Shown here in pieces: positions 29,830 to 40,029 of a stretch of DNA of 64,000 bases. Made by a program: the position numbers and the translations under genes. The first letter of the stretch is position 1; the number at the start of each line of letters is the position of its first letter. Origin of the DNA: Nitrospinales bacterium (lineage in GTDB: Bacteria > Nitrospinota > Nitrospinia > Nitrospinales > VA-1); assembly GCA_047610985.1 (NCBI GenBank), contig JBLFWU010000010.1, forward strand, positions 6,502 to 70,501. The letters are read 5' to 3'. Below the pieces are notes generated by a model. The model saw only the letters and a program-made list of their open reading frames with translations, was not told the DNA's origin and ran no database searches.

Positions 29830-29887
29830 TAAAATTTCTCCAATATCTTTCCCTAATATTCAATTAGGCGTGTGTGTTTTTGCGCGG

Positions 29888-30157
29888 TTATCTGCGGATG
29901 CCAAGTTTCATAATAATTTTTTGGTATCGACTGAGGTCTTCTGTCTTCAAGTGGTCAAGAAGTTTTCTTCTTTTGCTGACCAGTTTGAGCAGCCCGCGCC
30001 TGGAATGGTGGTCTTTTGAATGAGTCTTGAAATGTTCTGTTAAATAGGTCACTCGTTTTGTTATGAGTGCGATCTGCACTTCGGACGACCCGGTGTCCGT
30101 TTCGTGAAGCTTATTATCTGTGATAATTGTTGATTTTTGTTCAGCATTGAGTGACAT
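29888..30157 (-). CDS. rpsO: 30S ribosomal protein S15
   Basis: [20 protein letters not shown]. Confidence 0.98.
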   Translation of the reverse strand: MSLNAEQKSTIITDNKLHETDTGSSEVQIALITKRVTYLTEHFKTHSKDHHSRRGLLKLVSKRRKLLDHLKTEDLSRYQKIIMKLGIRR

Positions 30158-30198
30158 GACTATTTCTCCAACTTGATTGATTTAGAAAATTGATCGGA

Positions 30199-30257
30199 GA
30201 ATGTTTTCGTAGAAAGGCCCCGGGTTTTACTGTCGGGACATACCTGCGAAAACATTC
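30199..30257 (-). promoter_or_regulatory. Structured rpsO 5' leader (candidate S15 autoregulatory RNA)
   Basis: 11-bp stem GAATGTTTTCG/CGAAAACATTC enclosing an inner GTCCCG/CGGGGC stem, about 40 nt upstream of the rpsO start. Confidence 0.55.
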
Positions 30258-30286
30258 CAATCCATTTCCACTTAAAACTAATAATA

Positions 30287-31231
30287 TTAATTTACTAAAA
30301 CACGTTTTAATTTAAACGCGATTGCACTTGCATCCATTTTCTCGAACTGATCCTGATTTACCAGGGGTTCCACGATAGCTAGTATTGCATCATTGCCGTT
30401 TGAAACCCTCAGGCTCATTCCCGGTTTAAATTCCCGAGGTAAAACCTTAAACGCAGATTTCGGCAAGGGACTACCATTGGCAATGGGTTTTACAAATTCA
30501 TCTTTAATGCGAAGCTCCGGCAGGAAGGCAAGTACTTTTTCCACAGAAAAAAGCACATCCTCCAGAACCCTGTTTTCACTGGCTTCTTTTAAAGCTTCCA
30601 GAGTAACGGATGACTCCAGATCAAACAGTCCTACTCCACTTCTAACCAAGTGGGACATATGCGCTCCACACCCAAATTGCTGCCCAATATCGTGGCATAG
30701 GGTGCGGATATAGGTTCCCGCTGAACAGTGGACATCAAATTTTACCCGATTTTCTTCCCTATTGACAAATTCTATGGAGAAAAAATGCACTGAAACGGGT
30801 TTTCTTTCGATAGTAATACCACTTCTGGCTAATTTGTAAAGGGGAATTCCATTGTTTTTCTTGGCCGAATACATCGGCGGCACTTGCTTTTGTTCGCCTG
30901 AAAACTTCTGAAATATTTCCTTGATCTGTTCATTCGTTATCGCCGAAGGATCACCGCTGGATATCACCTTTCCCGTGGCATCCTGAGTGTCTGTAGCTGA
31001 CCCAAGAACCATAGTGCATTGATAATGCTTGGATAAAGGAGAGAGGAACTGAATAATGCGGGTAGATTGACCAAGGCAGATGGGAAGAATTCCTTCCGCC
31101 ATGGGGTCCAAAGTGCCAATATGGCCGGCTTTATTTACTCCCAGTATCTTTTTTATCTGATGCACCATGGCAAAAGAAGTAGGACCTTTAGGTTTATAAA
31201 GGTTCACTATCCGATTCTGAGCGCAAATCAT
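30287..31231 (-). CDS. truB: tRNA pseudouridine(55) synthase
   Basis: KAGHIGTLDP, PPMYSAKK, CSAGTYIRTL. Start uncertain (track 31267); overlaps rbfA. Confidence 0.96.
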   Translation of the reverse strand: MICAQNRIVNLYKPKGPTSFAMVHQIKKILGVNKAGHIGTLDPMAEGILPICLGQSTRIIQFLSPLSKHYQCTMVLGSATDTQDATGKVISSGDPSAITNEQIKEIFQKFSGEQKQVPPMYSAKKNNGIPLYKLARSGITIERKPVSVHFFSIEFVNREENRVKFDVHCSAGTYIRTLCHDIGQQFGCGAHMSHLVRSGVGLFDLESSVTLEALKEASENRVLEDVLFSVEKVLAFLPELRIKDEFVKPIANGSPLPKSAFKVLPREFKPGMSLRVSNGNDAILAIVEPLVNQDQFEKMDASAIAFKLKRVLVN

Positions 31232-31556
31232 TGATGATTCTTGTGATTTTTTCAACATGCTCTGCATTTTCGTCTATTTTGAATTCCAATTCAGGCAAAT
31301 ATCTTAAATAAAGGTTTTTGCCTAAAGAGTTTCTTATAAATCCTTTTGCGCTTTTCAACGCTTCCAAAGTATCGGATTTTTCTTTTTCAGTACCCATCAC
31401 GCTGACAAAAACTTTTGCGTGCTTGAGGTTATCCGTAACTTCGACCCGGGTAAGGGTTGTAAATCCGATTCGAGGATCTTTTAATCCACTTTGAAGCAGT
31501 TTTGAAATTTCTTCGAGAAGCAGCTCCTGGATTCTTTGAGAACGTTTGAATCTCAT
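31194..31556 (-). CDS. rbfA: Ribosome-binding factor A
   Basis: LKDPRIG, AKGFIR, LRYLPELEF. Confidence 0.96.
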   Translation of the reverse strand: MRFKRSQRIQELLLEEISKLLQSGLKDPRIGFTTLTRVEVTDNLKHAKVFVSVMGTEKEKSDTLEALKSAKGFIRNSLGKNLYLRYLPELEFKIDENAEHVEKITRIINDLRSESDSEPL

Positions 31557-31622
31557 GGATACACCTTTTGCTGTTTCTTATTTGCATTAGCGGGTTTCAA
31601 CCCTCGACAATCTGGTCGGGAT

Positions 31623-31781
31623 TCAGAAATCTCCAGAACCCATGTTTAATGTTTCGGTTTTACAATCTACTATTTTAGCCAGATTCATTCTGTCTTTGAT
31701 GGCTCTTACAACGCGTCTTTTTCCATTTAACGAGTTATTGCCATGCAAATAAAACTTTACTGCGTAGCAGCAAATGACCAT
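31623..31781 (-). pseudogene. DUF503 (YlxP-like) gene with apparent in-frame internal deletion
   Basis: 52-aa ORF MVICCYAVKFYLHGNNSLNGKRRVVRAIKDRMNLAKIVDCKTETLNMGSGDF at the usual infB-DUF503-rbfA position. It keeps a motif resembling SLKxKR but is about half the normal length. Confidence 0.7.
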
Positions 31782-31805
31782 TTCTCTTTTGCATAATCTT
31801 ATCGG

Positions 31806-34100
31806 TCAGGAGGTTATCTCTTCCATGATAAAGGGTTCGATAATGTCCCCTTGTTTTATATCCTGAAATTTGTCTATCGAGATTCCACACTCATAACCTG
31901 CCGCCACTTCTTTTACATCGTCTTTAAATCGTCTGATGGATGCTATCTTGCCTTGATAGACGACTATGTTATCGCGAATTAGTCGCGCTTCCAGATTGCG
32001 CTCAGCTTTTCCAGATAGCACATGACAACCTGCGATGGCGCCCACTTTTGGGATAGTAAATACTTCTCGAACTTCGGCGCGACCGATGACTCGCTCTTTG
32101 AATTTGGGCGCCAGCATTCCTTCCAGCGCGGCTTTCATATCATTGATGGCATCGTAAATGATGCTGTACATTCGAATGTCTACCTTCTCTCTCAAAGCGA
32201 GCTTAGTCGCTTGATCGGTGGGGCGAACATTGAACCCGATGATGATAGCGTTCGATGCGGTTGCCAGCAACACATCCGATTCAGTGATACCGCCGACGGC
32301 ATCATGGATGCATTTTATTCGCACTTCATCGCCACCCAGTTTTCCGAAAGCTTCTTGAACAGCATGAATGGAGCCTTGCACATCTGCCTTGATGATCAAG
32401 TCGAGTTCTTTTATCTGCCCTTCGATGATTTGTTGATGTAAGTCATCCATAGTGATTCGGGTAGACTTGGCTAATTGAATTTCCCTTTTTTGTTGTAGTC
32501 TCAGGTTACTCAGTTGACGCGCACGCTTTTCATCTTGAACGACCATGAAATGATCGCCTGGTTGCGGAACGTCAGGCAGACCTACAATTTCAACTGGCGT
32601 TGATGGAATGGCTTTTTTAATTTTCTTCCCAGATTCTCCAATCAAAGCGCGAACTTTGCCAAAATGGCAACCTACTATAAAAGGTTGGCCGATTTGCAGA
32701 GTGCCGCTTTCTACGATCAGTGTTGCAACAGGGCCACGTCCTTTGTCCAACTTGGACTCAATGATGACTCCTTTTGCTCTTAGTTTTGGGTTCGCCTTCA
32801 ACTCCATGATTTCAGCTTGCAGGATAAGGTTTTCCAGCAGGCTATCAATTCCAGCTCCCGTTAAAGCAGAAACCTCTATATAAATGGTTTGTCCACCCCA
32901 GTCCTCGGGTAAGAGGCCTTGATCAGCCAATTGTTTTTTTACCTCATCAGGTTTGGCATCCGGCTTGTCGACTTTGTTGATGGCGACGAGAATAGGGACA
33001 CCTGCAGCCTCTGCATGATGGATGGCTTCTTTTGTTTGAGGCTTTATACCGTCATCTGCAGCAACTACCAGCACTACAATATCTGTCACTTGCGCACCAC
33101 GGGCCCGCATTGCTGTAAAGGCTTCATGTCCGGGTGTATCGAGAAATGTGATAGAAGAACCCTTTACATGCGCCTGATATGCGCCGATATGTTGGGTGAT
33201 TCCTCCGGCCTCAGCTTTAGTTACTTCGGTTTTGCGTATGGCATCTAACAATGAGGTTTTACCATGGTCAACATGCCCCATAATAGTGACGATGGGTGAC
33301 CGTGTTATGTGGTCTTTTGGGTCATCATCTTCTTCTTCAGAAAAGTCGAGATCAGACTTCACAACCAGAAGTTCCACTTCGAATCCCATTTTATCTGCCA
33401 CTTTACTTGCAAGATCAAAGTTCAGAGTTTGGTTGATGTTTGCTAGAACGCCAAAAACCATTAATTCTTTTATAATTTCATTGGGAGTGGATTTTAAAGT
33501 TTCGGCTAAGTCCCGAATCGGGATATTTTCGGTAATCTTTACCACTTCAAATGTTTGCTCTTCCTGAACAGGTGCCGGGACAGGTGCCGGGGCGGTTTCT
33601 TTTGTAACTGCAGGTTTTTTAGTTTTTAGCTCGGGAGCTTTAGGTTTTTCTTTTGCAGGGATGTTAGCTTTCTTTTCTTTCTCTGGTGGTTTCTCTTCCT
33701 GCTTGATAATTTTCAGACCGAGCTTTTTTGCAGGCTTGGCTTCAGTATTTTTTTTGTTTTCTTCGTTTTCTGTTTTGGCTGTTGCAGGCGCAGCTTTTTC
33801 TTCTTTTACTACAGTCTTTCTAATTATGCCGGATTTGGCCTGGGTTTTTGCTGTGGTGATTTTTACTTTTGAAGGAGCTTTTATTTTAATTTTGGTTTTC
33901 GCTTTAACTTTTAGAGTCTTGGGTGCGATTTTTTGGGGAGTTGTAGGCGAAAAAAGGTCGCGGATTTCTTGAGCAACCTCTTCATCAACGGAACTCATAT
34001 GGTTTTTTACTGCAATCTCTTTCTTTTGCAAGGCCTCAATGATTTGATCATTTTGTAAGCCGAGTTCCAGAGCCAGTTTGTTTACGCGAATCTTAGCCAA
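31806..34100 (-). CDS. infB: Translation initiation factor IF-2
   Basis: [32 protein letters not shown]; TTG start. Confidence 0.98.
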   Translation of the reverse strand: MAKIRVNKLALELGLQNDQIIEALQKKEIAVKNHMSSVDEEVAQEIRDLFSPTTPQKIAPKTLKVKAKTKIKIKAPSKVKITTAKTQAKSGIIRKTVVKEEKAAPATAKTENEENKKNTEAKPAKKLGLKIIKQEEKPPEKEKKANIPAKEKPKAPELKTKKPAVTKETAPAPVPAPVQEEQTFEVVKITENIPIRDLAETLKSTPNEIIKELMVFGVLANINQTLNFDLASKVADKMGFEVELLVVKSDLDFSEEEDDDPKDHITRSPIVTIMGHVDHGKTSLLDAIRKTEVTKAEAGGITQHIGAYQAHVKGSSITFLDTPGHEAFTAMRARGAQVTDIVVLVVAADDGIKPQTKEAIHHAEAAGVPILVAINKVDKPDAKPDEVKKQLADQGLLPEDWGGQTIYIEVSALTGAGIDSLLENLILQAEIMELKANPKLRAKGVIIESKLDKGRGPVATLIVESGTLQIGQPFIVGCHFGKVRALIGESGKKIKKAIPSTPVEIVGLPDVPQPGDHFMVVQDEKRARQLSNLRLQQKREIQLAKSTRITMDDLHQQIIEGQIKELDLIIKADVQGSIHAVQEAFGKLGGDEVRIKCIHDAVGGITESDVLLATASNAIIIGFNVRPTDQATKLALREKVDIRMYSIIYDAINDMKAALEGMLAPKFKERVIGRAEVREVFTIPKVGAIAGCHVLSGKAERNLEARLIRDNIVVYQGKIASIRRFKDDVKEVAAGYECGISIDKFQDIKQGDIIEPFIMEEITS

Positions 34101-34219
34101 GTTTCCTCCTGTGTTCTTGCAAGCCCGCCATTCTACTTTGACTCAAGAGTTGAGCCCTTGTTGTAAACCCTGGCATGGAATTCTGATATTTGATTTGCAA
34201 AAAAATTCTTAAATAAGTT

Positions 34220-35860
34220 TTATACATTTCCCGCATTTCCAAGTTGTTGCTTTACTTTTTCAATGATATCTTTTCCTGAATCTTCGTCTATACCATCAAT
34301 GGCTATCAGTTCATCTAGCGATGTAACAGAAAGCTCTGCCACGGTTTCAAAACCATTGGTTTCCAGAAGATCTAGTAATTCTTGCGATACGCCAGATAAA
34401 TTCTGGATGAGGATTTCCTCATCATCGTTTTCCAGCTCATCTATCTCGCCACTAGAAGCGCTTTCTTCCGGCACATCAATTACTTTCTGCTCTTTTTCTG
34501 CAGTGTCACTGGCTTCTTTGGCTGCCTTGGCTACTGCTTTGGCCTCTGCTTCTCGAGCCGCAGCTTCCAGGATTTCTGCCGCAACTCGTTCTTTTATATT
34601 TTCCGCCAGTTCCACCAAAGCTTCTGCTTTTTTTGGGCCGATTCCTGTCAACTCCACCATTCCCTTTGCGCCTCTGCTCAAGGCTTCATCGTATGTGACG
34701 AGATTATCATTAAATAAAATCGTCATCACTTTTTCCCCCAGACCCTTAGCATTTTTTATCTCATCAAGAAAATCAATATCGGATATTGCCGCGGAAGGCA
34801 TGAAGGCGGAAGGATGTTCTCCCATCTCCAAAGCTTCAGCAGCTCCTTTAATGTCTACTTTCCATTTGACGAGTTTTGCTGCTAGCCGAACATTCTGACC
34901 TTTTTTGCCGATTGCGAGTGACATTTGGTCTTCAGCGACAATGATGGTCATTTGTTTTTCATCCCGGTTAAGGATGATTCTCGAAACTTTAGCCGGGCTC
35001 AGTGCGTTTTTTATATAGGTTTCAGGGTCTTCAGAGAATTCAACAATATCAATTTTCTCGCCTCGGAGTTCCTGAACGATAGACTGGACACGCATTCCCC
35101 TCATGCCAACACAGGCACCAACGGCATCAATGTCACGATCATTGGTACGTACGGCGATTTTGGTTCGCCCGTTGGGTTCGCGCACCACGCCCATAATTTC
35201 CACCATGCCCTCGCTGATCTCCGGGACTTCCATTTCGAATAATCTTTTGACTAAACCAATATGGGTTCGGGATAGGATGACTAATGCGTGTTTCGGGGTT
35301 CTTCGAACATCGAGAACATAAGCGCGAATGCGCTCTCCGCGATTAAAGCTTTCTCGAAAAACTTGTTCCCGGCGCGGCAAAATTCCTTCTGCATTTCCAA
35401 GGTCAACCACCAAGTCACCATGTTCCATGCGGTGCACTATGCCATTTATAATCTCACCCTTTTTATCCTTGTACTCGTTGTGGAGCAGTTCGATTTCTGC
35501 TTCGCGGACTTTTTGGACAATCACTTGCTTGGCAAGCTGCGCCGCAATGCGGCCGTAGTTTTCCATGACCTGCTGCACCAGAACCTGGTCCCCTATCTGG
35601 ACATCTTCGGAAAAGGCAGTAGCTTCTTTAAGACTTATTTCTTCGTCTGGGTTTTCAACTTCCTTAACCACTGTTTTCTCAAGATAAATTTCCACTTCCC
35701 CCGTGGATTCGTTGAACTCACTTTGAAGTTCAGTGGCTGCGGGATAACGCTTTCGAGCCGCGACTTCAACCGCTGCTTTCAAGGCATCGATCAATACAGC
35801 TTTATCGATGCCTTTATCTCGGCTCAGTTGTTCCAAAATGCTGATAGTTTCCAGACCCAT
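34220..35860 (-). CDS. nusA: Transcription termination factor NusA with C-terminal HhH/acidic extension
   Basis: GRIAAQLAKQ, GACVGMRG, AIGKKGQNVRLA. Confidence 0.97.
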   Translation of the reverse strand: MGLETISILEQLSRDKGIDKAVLIDALKAAVEVAARKRYPAATELQSEFNESTGEVEIYLEKTVVKEVENPDEEISLKEATAFSEDVQIGDQVLVQQVMENYGRIAAQLAKQVIVQKVREAEIELLHNEYKDKKGEIINGIVHRMEHGDLVVDLGNAEGILPRREQVFRESFNRGERIRAYVLDVRRTPKHALVILSRTHIGLVKRLFEMEVPEISEGMVEIMGVVREPNGRTKIAVRTNDRDIDAVGACVGMRGMRVQSIVQELRGEKIDIVEFSEDPETYIKNALSPAKVSRIILNRDEKQMTIIVAEDQMSLAIGKKGQNVRLAAKLVKWKVDIKGAAEALEMGEHPSAFMPSAAISDIDFLDEIKNAKGLGEKVMTILFNDNLVTYDEALSRGAKGMVELTGIGPKKAEALVELAENIKERVAAEILEAAAREAEAKAVAKAAKEASDTAEKEQKVIDVPEESASSGEIDELENDDEEILIQNLSGVSQELLDLLETNGFETVAELSVTSLDELIAIDGIDEDSGKDIIEKVKQQLGNAGNV

Positions 35861-35869
35861 TTTTCTTTC

Positions 35870-36331
35870 CTAAATTTCTATGACTAAATTTGCTTTGGCA
35901 ACTAGACTTAAGGGAATCGTATAGTGTTGCCCATCCACCTCAAGGTGGATCGATTCATCTTTAAATCCTGTTAAGATGCCAGTAAATTTTTTTCTGCCAT
36001 CCATAGGGGCATGACATTGAACGAATATTTTCTTTCCTGAATACTTGAGAAAGTCTTTTTCCTTTTTCAGCACTCGGTTTAATCCGGGTGAAGAAACTTC
36101 CAAGGTGTAAACAGGCTCAATGACTTCTTCAACTTCTATCAGGTCGCCGGCAAGACGGCTGACTTTCTGGCAGTCTGCAAGTGTTATTCCGCCGTCGCTA
36201 TCTATATAAATCCGCAGGATCCAGTTTTTGCCTTCTTTTTTGAATTCGACATCAACCAGCTCGAGTCCATTTGCCAGAAGACCAGGCTCAATCAACTCTG
36301 TTACCGATTGAGCGACCGGGGCTTTTCCCAT
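35870..36331 (-). CDS. rimP: Ribosome maturation factor RimP
   Basis: LRIYID, DCQKVSR, YTLEVSSPG. Confidence 0.96.
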   Translation of the reverse strand: MGKAPVAQSVTELIEPGLLANGLELVDVEFKKEGKNWILRIYIDSDGGITLADCQKVSRLAGDLIEVEEVIEPVYTLEVSSPGLNRVLKKEKDFLKYSGKKIFVQCHAPMDGRKKFTGILTGFKDESIHLEVDGQHYTIPLSLVAKANLVIEI

Positions 36332-36439
36332 TTAAACCTCAATGTGTAAGAGAGAATTTCCAGAGACTGTTATCTGGAACCAGTAAAACCCACAAGGAAG
36401 AGGAAGCAAAAACTGACCATTTTCCACGGGAAAAGCAAT

Positions 36440-36477
36440 AAAAAAAGCGGGCTCAAAGCCCGCATTGCAGAGCCCGT
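36440..36477 (-). promoter_or_regulatory. rimP leader terminator/attenuator
   Basis: Minus strand TACGGGCTC...GCGGGCTTTGAGCCCGCTTTTTTT, just downstream of a candidate promoter. Confidence 0.7.
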
Positions 36478-36491
36478 ATTCAGTTAAGCAG

Positions 36492-36521
36492 ATTGTACAA
36501 GAGTTGTATGTCGGATTTCAA
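36492..36521 (-). promoter_or_regulatory. Candidate sigma70 promoter of the rimP-nusA-infB operon
   Basis: TTGAAA-N18-TACAAT on the minus strand. Confidence 0.5.
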
Positions 36522-36555
36522 GGGAAATCTGGGGCAAGGGAGGCCAGCCAGCAAA

Positions 36556-38265
36556 TTATAAGTCCTTTAAAATATTGGGGATATCATTGATGATCTGTGG
36601 GTAAGGGTGTAGCTGAGATTCTTGCGTTTTGCGGATTTTAATTTCTACTTTCCCTTCTTCGAGATTTTTAGGGCCCACAATAATTTGCAGAGGAACCCCA
36701 ATTAAATCAGCATCTTTAAGTTTGCCTCCCAATCGATCTTGGCGGTCGTCGAGGATGACTTCGACTCCCATTTCCTTGAGTTGGGTGTAAAGGGACTCGC
36801 AGGTATTTTTCAAATCGTCATTTTTGAAATTTACCGGGATAATGATGACCTCAAAAGGAGCCAGATTACGAGGCCAGACAATTCCTTTTTCATCATGGTT
36901 TTGTTCGACGGAGGCGGCTGCTGTTCTGCCGACACCAATTCCGTAACATCCCATAACCATTGGGACTTCTTTGCCATTGTTGTCCAGGTACAAGGCTTTC
37001 ATCGCTTCAGAGTATTTTGTGCCAAGAATGAAAATATGGCCGACTTCTATTCCGCGTTTCACCTGATATTTCCCCTCATCACATCTAGGGCAGGGGTCGC
37101 CAGCGAGAATGCGCCGCAAATCACCAAATTTATTTATTTTAAGATCGCGTTCGACCTGAACTCCTGTGAAATGAGTGTCAGCTTTGTTGGCACCTGTGAC
37201 AAAACTTTGCAAAGCGGTAATCTCCTGGTCGGCGTAAACCGGGATATCCAACCCCACTGGACCGATATATCCACAAGGCAAACCTAGTTGCTCATTGATT
37301 GTTTTTTCAGCCGCCGGCAGTAACCATTCGCAGCCGATCAGGTTTTTCATTTTTATAGGATTGATTTCATGGTCACCACGAACCAGTCCGGCGACCAACC
37401 CATTTTCGTTTTCCAATAAAATGGTTTTGACAATTTGTTCGGGTGGCAACTTGAGAAAATCTGCAACTTCTTGGACTGATTTTTTGCCGGGGGTGTGAAT
37501 TTCTTTGCGGTCTTCTGCGCTGTTTTTCGATGTCGATGCAGATCCTGGACGAGATTCTGCAAGTTCCATATTGGATGCGTAGCCACATGCTTCGCAGAAG
37601 GCTATTTCATCTTCCCCTGAATCTGCCAATACGGCGAACTCGTGGGAGAAGCTTCCGCCAATGGTTCCAGAATCTGCCTGCACTTGTTTGAATTCTAAAC
37701 CACAGCGCGTAAAAACATTTGCATAAGCTTGAGCCATTTGCGCGTAAGTTTTTTGCGTATCAGCTTCATCGGTATGGAAGCTGTAGGCATCTTTCATCAT
37801 GAATTCTCTGCCTCGCATGATTCCAAACCGAGGCCGCACCTCATCACGAAACTTAGTTTGTATTTGATATAGAATCACTGGAAGCTGACGGTAAGACTTG
37901 ACATCTTTGCGTATGATGTCGGTGATGACTTCTTCGTGCGTCGGGCCATAGCAAAATTCGCGGTTATGCCGGTCTTTGAATCGCAGAAGTTCTTTTCCAT
38001 AAAAATCCCATCGTTTGCTTTCCCTCCATAACTCGGCAGGTTGGATGCTGGGAAGGAAAACCTCCTGACCGCCAACCTGATCCATCTCTTCGCGAATTAT
38101 GGCTTCTACTTTTTTCAAAACTCGCAAACCTAATGGAAGAATGGAGTAAATACCTGCAGCAAGTTGCCGGATCATTCCAGCGCGTACCATCAGTTTATGA
38201 CTGGCAATTTCAGCATCGGCAGGGGATTCTTTTAAGGTGGGGATCAGTAGTTTTGAGTAGTACAT
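36556..38265 (-). CDS. proS: Proline--tRNA ligase (bacterial type with editing domain)
   Basis: GPTHEE, KFRDEVRPRFG, GIEVGHIF, MGCYGIGVGR. Confidence 0.98.
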   Translation of the reverse strand: MYYSKLLIPTLKESPADAEIASHKLMVRAGMIRQLAAGIYSILPLGLRVLKKVEAIIREEMDQVGGQEVFLPSIQPAELWRESKRWDFYGKELLRFKDRHNREFCYGPTHEEVITDIIRKDVKSYRQLPVILYQIQTKFRDEVRPRFGIMRGREFMMKDAYSFHTDEADTQKTYAQMAQAYANVFTRCGLEFKQVQADSGTIGGSFSHEFAVLADSGEDEIAFCEACGYASNMELAESRPGSASTSKNSAEDRKEIHTPGKKSVQEVADFLKLPPEQIVKTILLENENGLVAGLVRGDHEINPIKMKNLIGCEWLLPAAEKTINEQLGLPCGYIGPVGLDIPVYADQEITALQSFVTGANKADTHFTGVQVERDLKINKFGDLRRILAGDPCPRCDEGKYQVKRGIEVGHIFILGTKYSEAMKALYLDNNGKEVPMVMGCYGIGVGRTAAASVEQNHDEKGIVWPRNLAPFEVIIIPVNFKNDDLKNTCESLYTQLKEMGVEVILDDRQDRLGGKLKDADLIGVPLQIIVGPKNLEEGKVEIKIRKTQESQLHPYPQIINDIPNILKDL

Positions 38266-38295
38266 TTTTTAGGGATTATTTAGGGAAGCGTGATT

Positions 38296-40029
38296 TTATG
38301 CGCTAAAAGATTTTTCAGCAAGAGCAATGTGTTCGGCGTTGTGGATTTCCAGCCAGCCTTTATGTATTTCCATGAAATGCACGACAAAACCGCGATCGAT
38401 CATTTCTTGTATGAGGTCGGTAAAGTTGAACCGTGATATATCTTCAGATTCCTGAAACTGCCCCTGATAGTTTTTCACGACATCATTGTAGGTTTCGATT
38501 AATTGCTCTGCTCCTGTTTTACTAAATCGTGCAAGGCCTATGAATTCATGACTGGCAGTTTCCGGGTTTATTTTGCTACCAATTTTTGCAACCACATTTT
38601 CACTGGCAAAACGTATTTCCCTGCGAGCGGGTTTGTTCTGGTGCTTGCCGATGATAAAATCGAGAATATTTCCTTCCTGAGGTTCATGGTACTGGGTGGA
38701 ATTGTCAGCGACCAGGATGATGTCTTCTCGTCGACCCATCAACTCTTTTATAATCGCGTCTTCCATAAGAATATCTGAGTAGAGCATGATGAATCCGTTG
38801 CGCATTTTTTCTTTACCAATAAATAAAGAGTTGAGCATCGAGCCATTCTTAAAATCTGGGTTCTCAAGAATGCTGATTCCTTCTGCCTTGACCTGATCGC
38901 GCCCGTAGCCCGCGATAACAGTGATATCTGCCAGATTACCATTGTTTAAAGTCTGGATCTGATGCTCTAGTAGTGTTTTTCCAGAGATTTCGAGCATCGC
39001 CTTCGGTTTTCCATTAAGTATTTCCTTAAATACAGGGTCTTCACCGGCTGCAGGGATAATGACAGGAACGTTAGTGGTTTGTTCGTTTTCTTGATCCTTT
39101 TCTTTAACATCCAGAAAACCTACTGTTTTGAAAATTTCCCTTACAGTGCTGCAAAGAGGGTCCGCTTCAAAGGATCTCTGATTGCGCAGGATTGTTTTCG
39201 CTGTTTCCATCATCGCTTTGTATGCGCTTCGTAGCAAATGGTTTGCGTGAATGATGATGCGGAATCCGGCAGCGCTCAGTTCATCTTCAGTGGTTTGGTT
39301 GTATGTTGTGGGTACACATACCAATATTTTATTTATCTTTAATTCTTTGCAAATATCTTTGTAGTGTTGTGCAAACTCAAGAATTTCATCAGCCGATTTG
39401 GACTTGGAATGGATCATGATTCCATCTACACCTGCACGCAGATAAATTTTCGCTCTGTTTACCGCATCTTCCATGGGTTTGCCTGCGATTAGACTTTCGA
39501 GTCTTGCGATGATCATAAACTCGTCAGATTTTTGAACGCTTTTACCGCGGCGAATTTTTTGGGCAAAGACTTCTGGGTCTTCAAGGTTTTGTTGTACCCC
39601 TGCTTCCAGGCTATTCCTTTTTGGGAAAACCTTGTCTTCAATGATGACAGCAGATACACCGGCTCTTTCCAGTTTGGATACCGTATATTCAAATGCGTTG
39701 GCATCACCTCCCGTATCACCATCTACAATCATGGGCTTGTTAGTGACGGCAAGGATTTCATTGATGGATTGTAATCTCGAATCAAAAGTGACAACTTCAA
39801 TATCTGGATGCCCTTTTGAAGCGGAGTCTGTGAGGCTACTCTCCCAGAGAGCATCGAACTCACGAATAAGGGGTTTGCCTTCTGACTCACCCTTAACCTG
39901 AATGTTATTGGCAATAATTCCGCTCAAACCGTTATGAGCTTCAAGAACGCGAACGGTTTGGCCTTTTTCCAGCAGGGCCTTTAACTTTCCTCTGCGTTGT
40001 TCTGGGAGTGTGTTGTTAAGAAGGGTCAT
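38296..40029 (-). CDS. pepM: Phosphoenolpyruvate mutase fused to C-terminal nucleotidyltransferase (LicC/PntC-like)
   Basis: EAHNGLS, WESSLTDS, DGDTGG and the PepM signature EDKVFPKRNS (EDK-x5-NS); C-terminal IIPAAG..KPKAMLEI, YSDIL, WLEI. Confidence 0.92.
   Translation of the reverse strand: MTLLNNTLPEQRRGKLKALLEKGQTVRVLEAHNGLSGIIANNIQVKGESEGKPLIREFDALWESSLTDSASKGHPDIEVVTFDSRLQSINEILAVTNKPMIVDGDTGGDANAFEYTVSKLERAGVSAVIIEDKVFPKRNSLEAGVQQNLEDPEVFAQKIRRGKSVQKSDEFMIIARLESLIAGKPMEDAVNRAKIYLRAGVDGIMIHSKSKSADEILEFAQHYKDICKELKINKILVCVPTTYNQTTEDELSAAGFRIIIHANHLLRSAYKAMMETAKTILRNQRSFEADPLCSTVREIFKTVGFLDVKEKDQENEQTTNVPVIIPAAGEDPVFKEILNGKPKAMLEISGKTLLEHQIQTLNNGNLADITVIAGYGRDQVKAEGISILENPDFKNGSMLNSLFIGKEKMRNGFIMLYSDILMEDAIIKELMGRREDIILVADNSTQYHEPQEGNILDFIIGKHQNKPARREIRFASENVVAKIGSKINPETASHEFIGLARFSKTGAEQLIETYNDVVKNYQGQFQESEDISRFNFTDLIQEMIDRGFVVHFMEIHKGWLEIHNAEHIALAEKSFSA

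Noticed and set aside
33568-33592. 12-bp direct repeat ACAGGTGCCGGG
   Set aside because: Encodes the PAPVPAPV linker in the variable IF-2 N-terminus.
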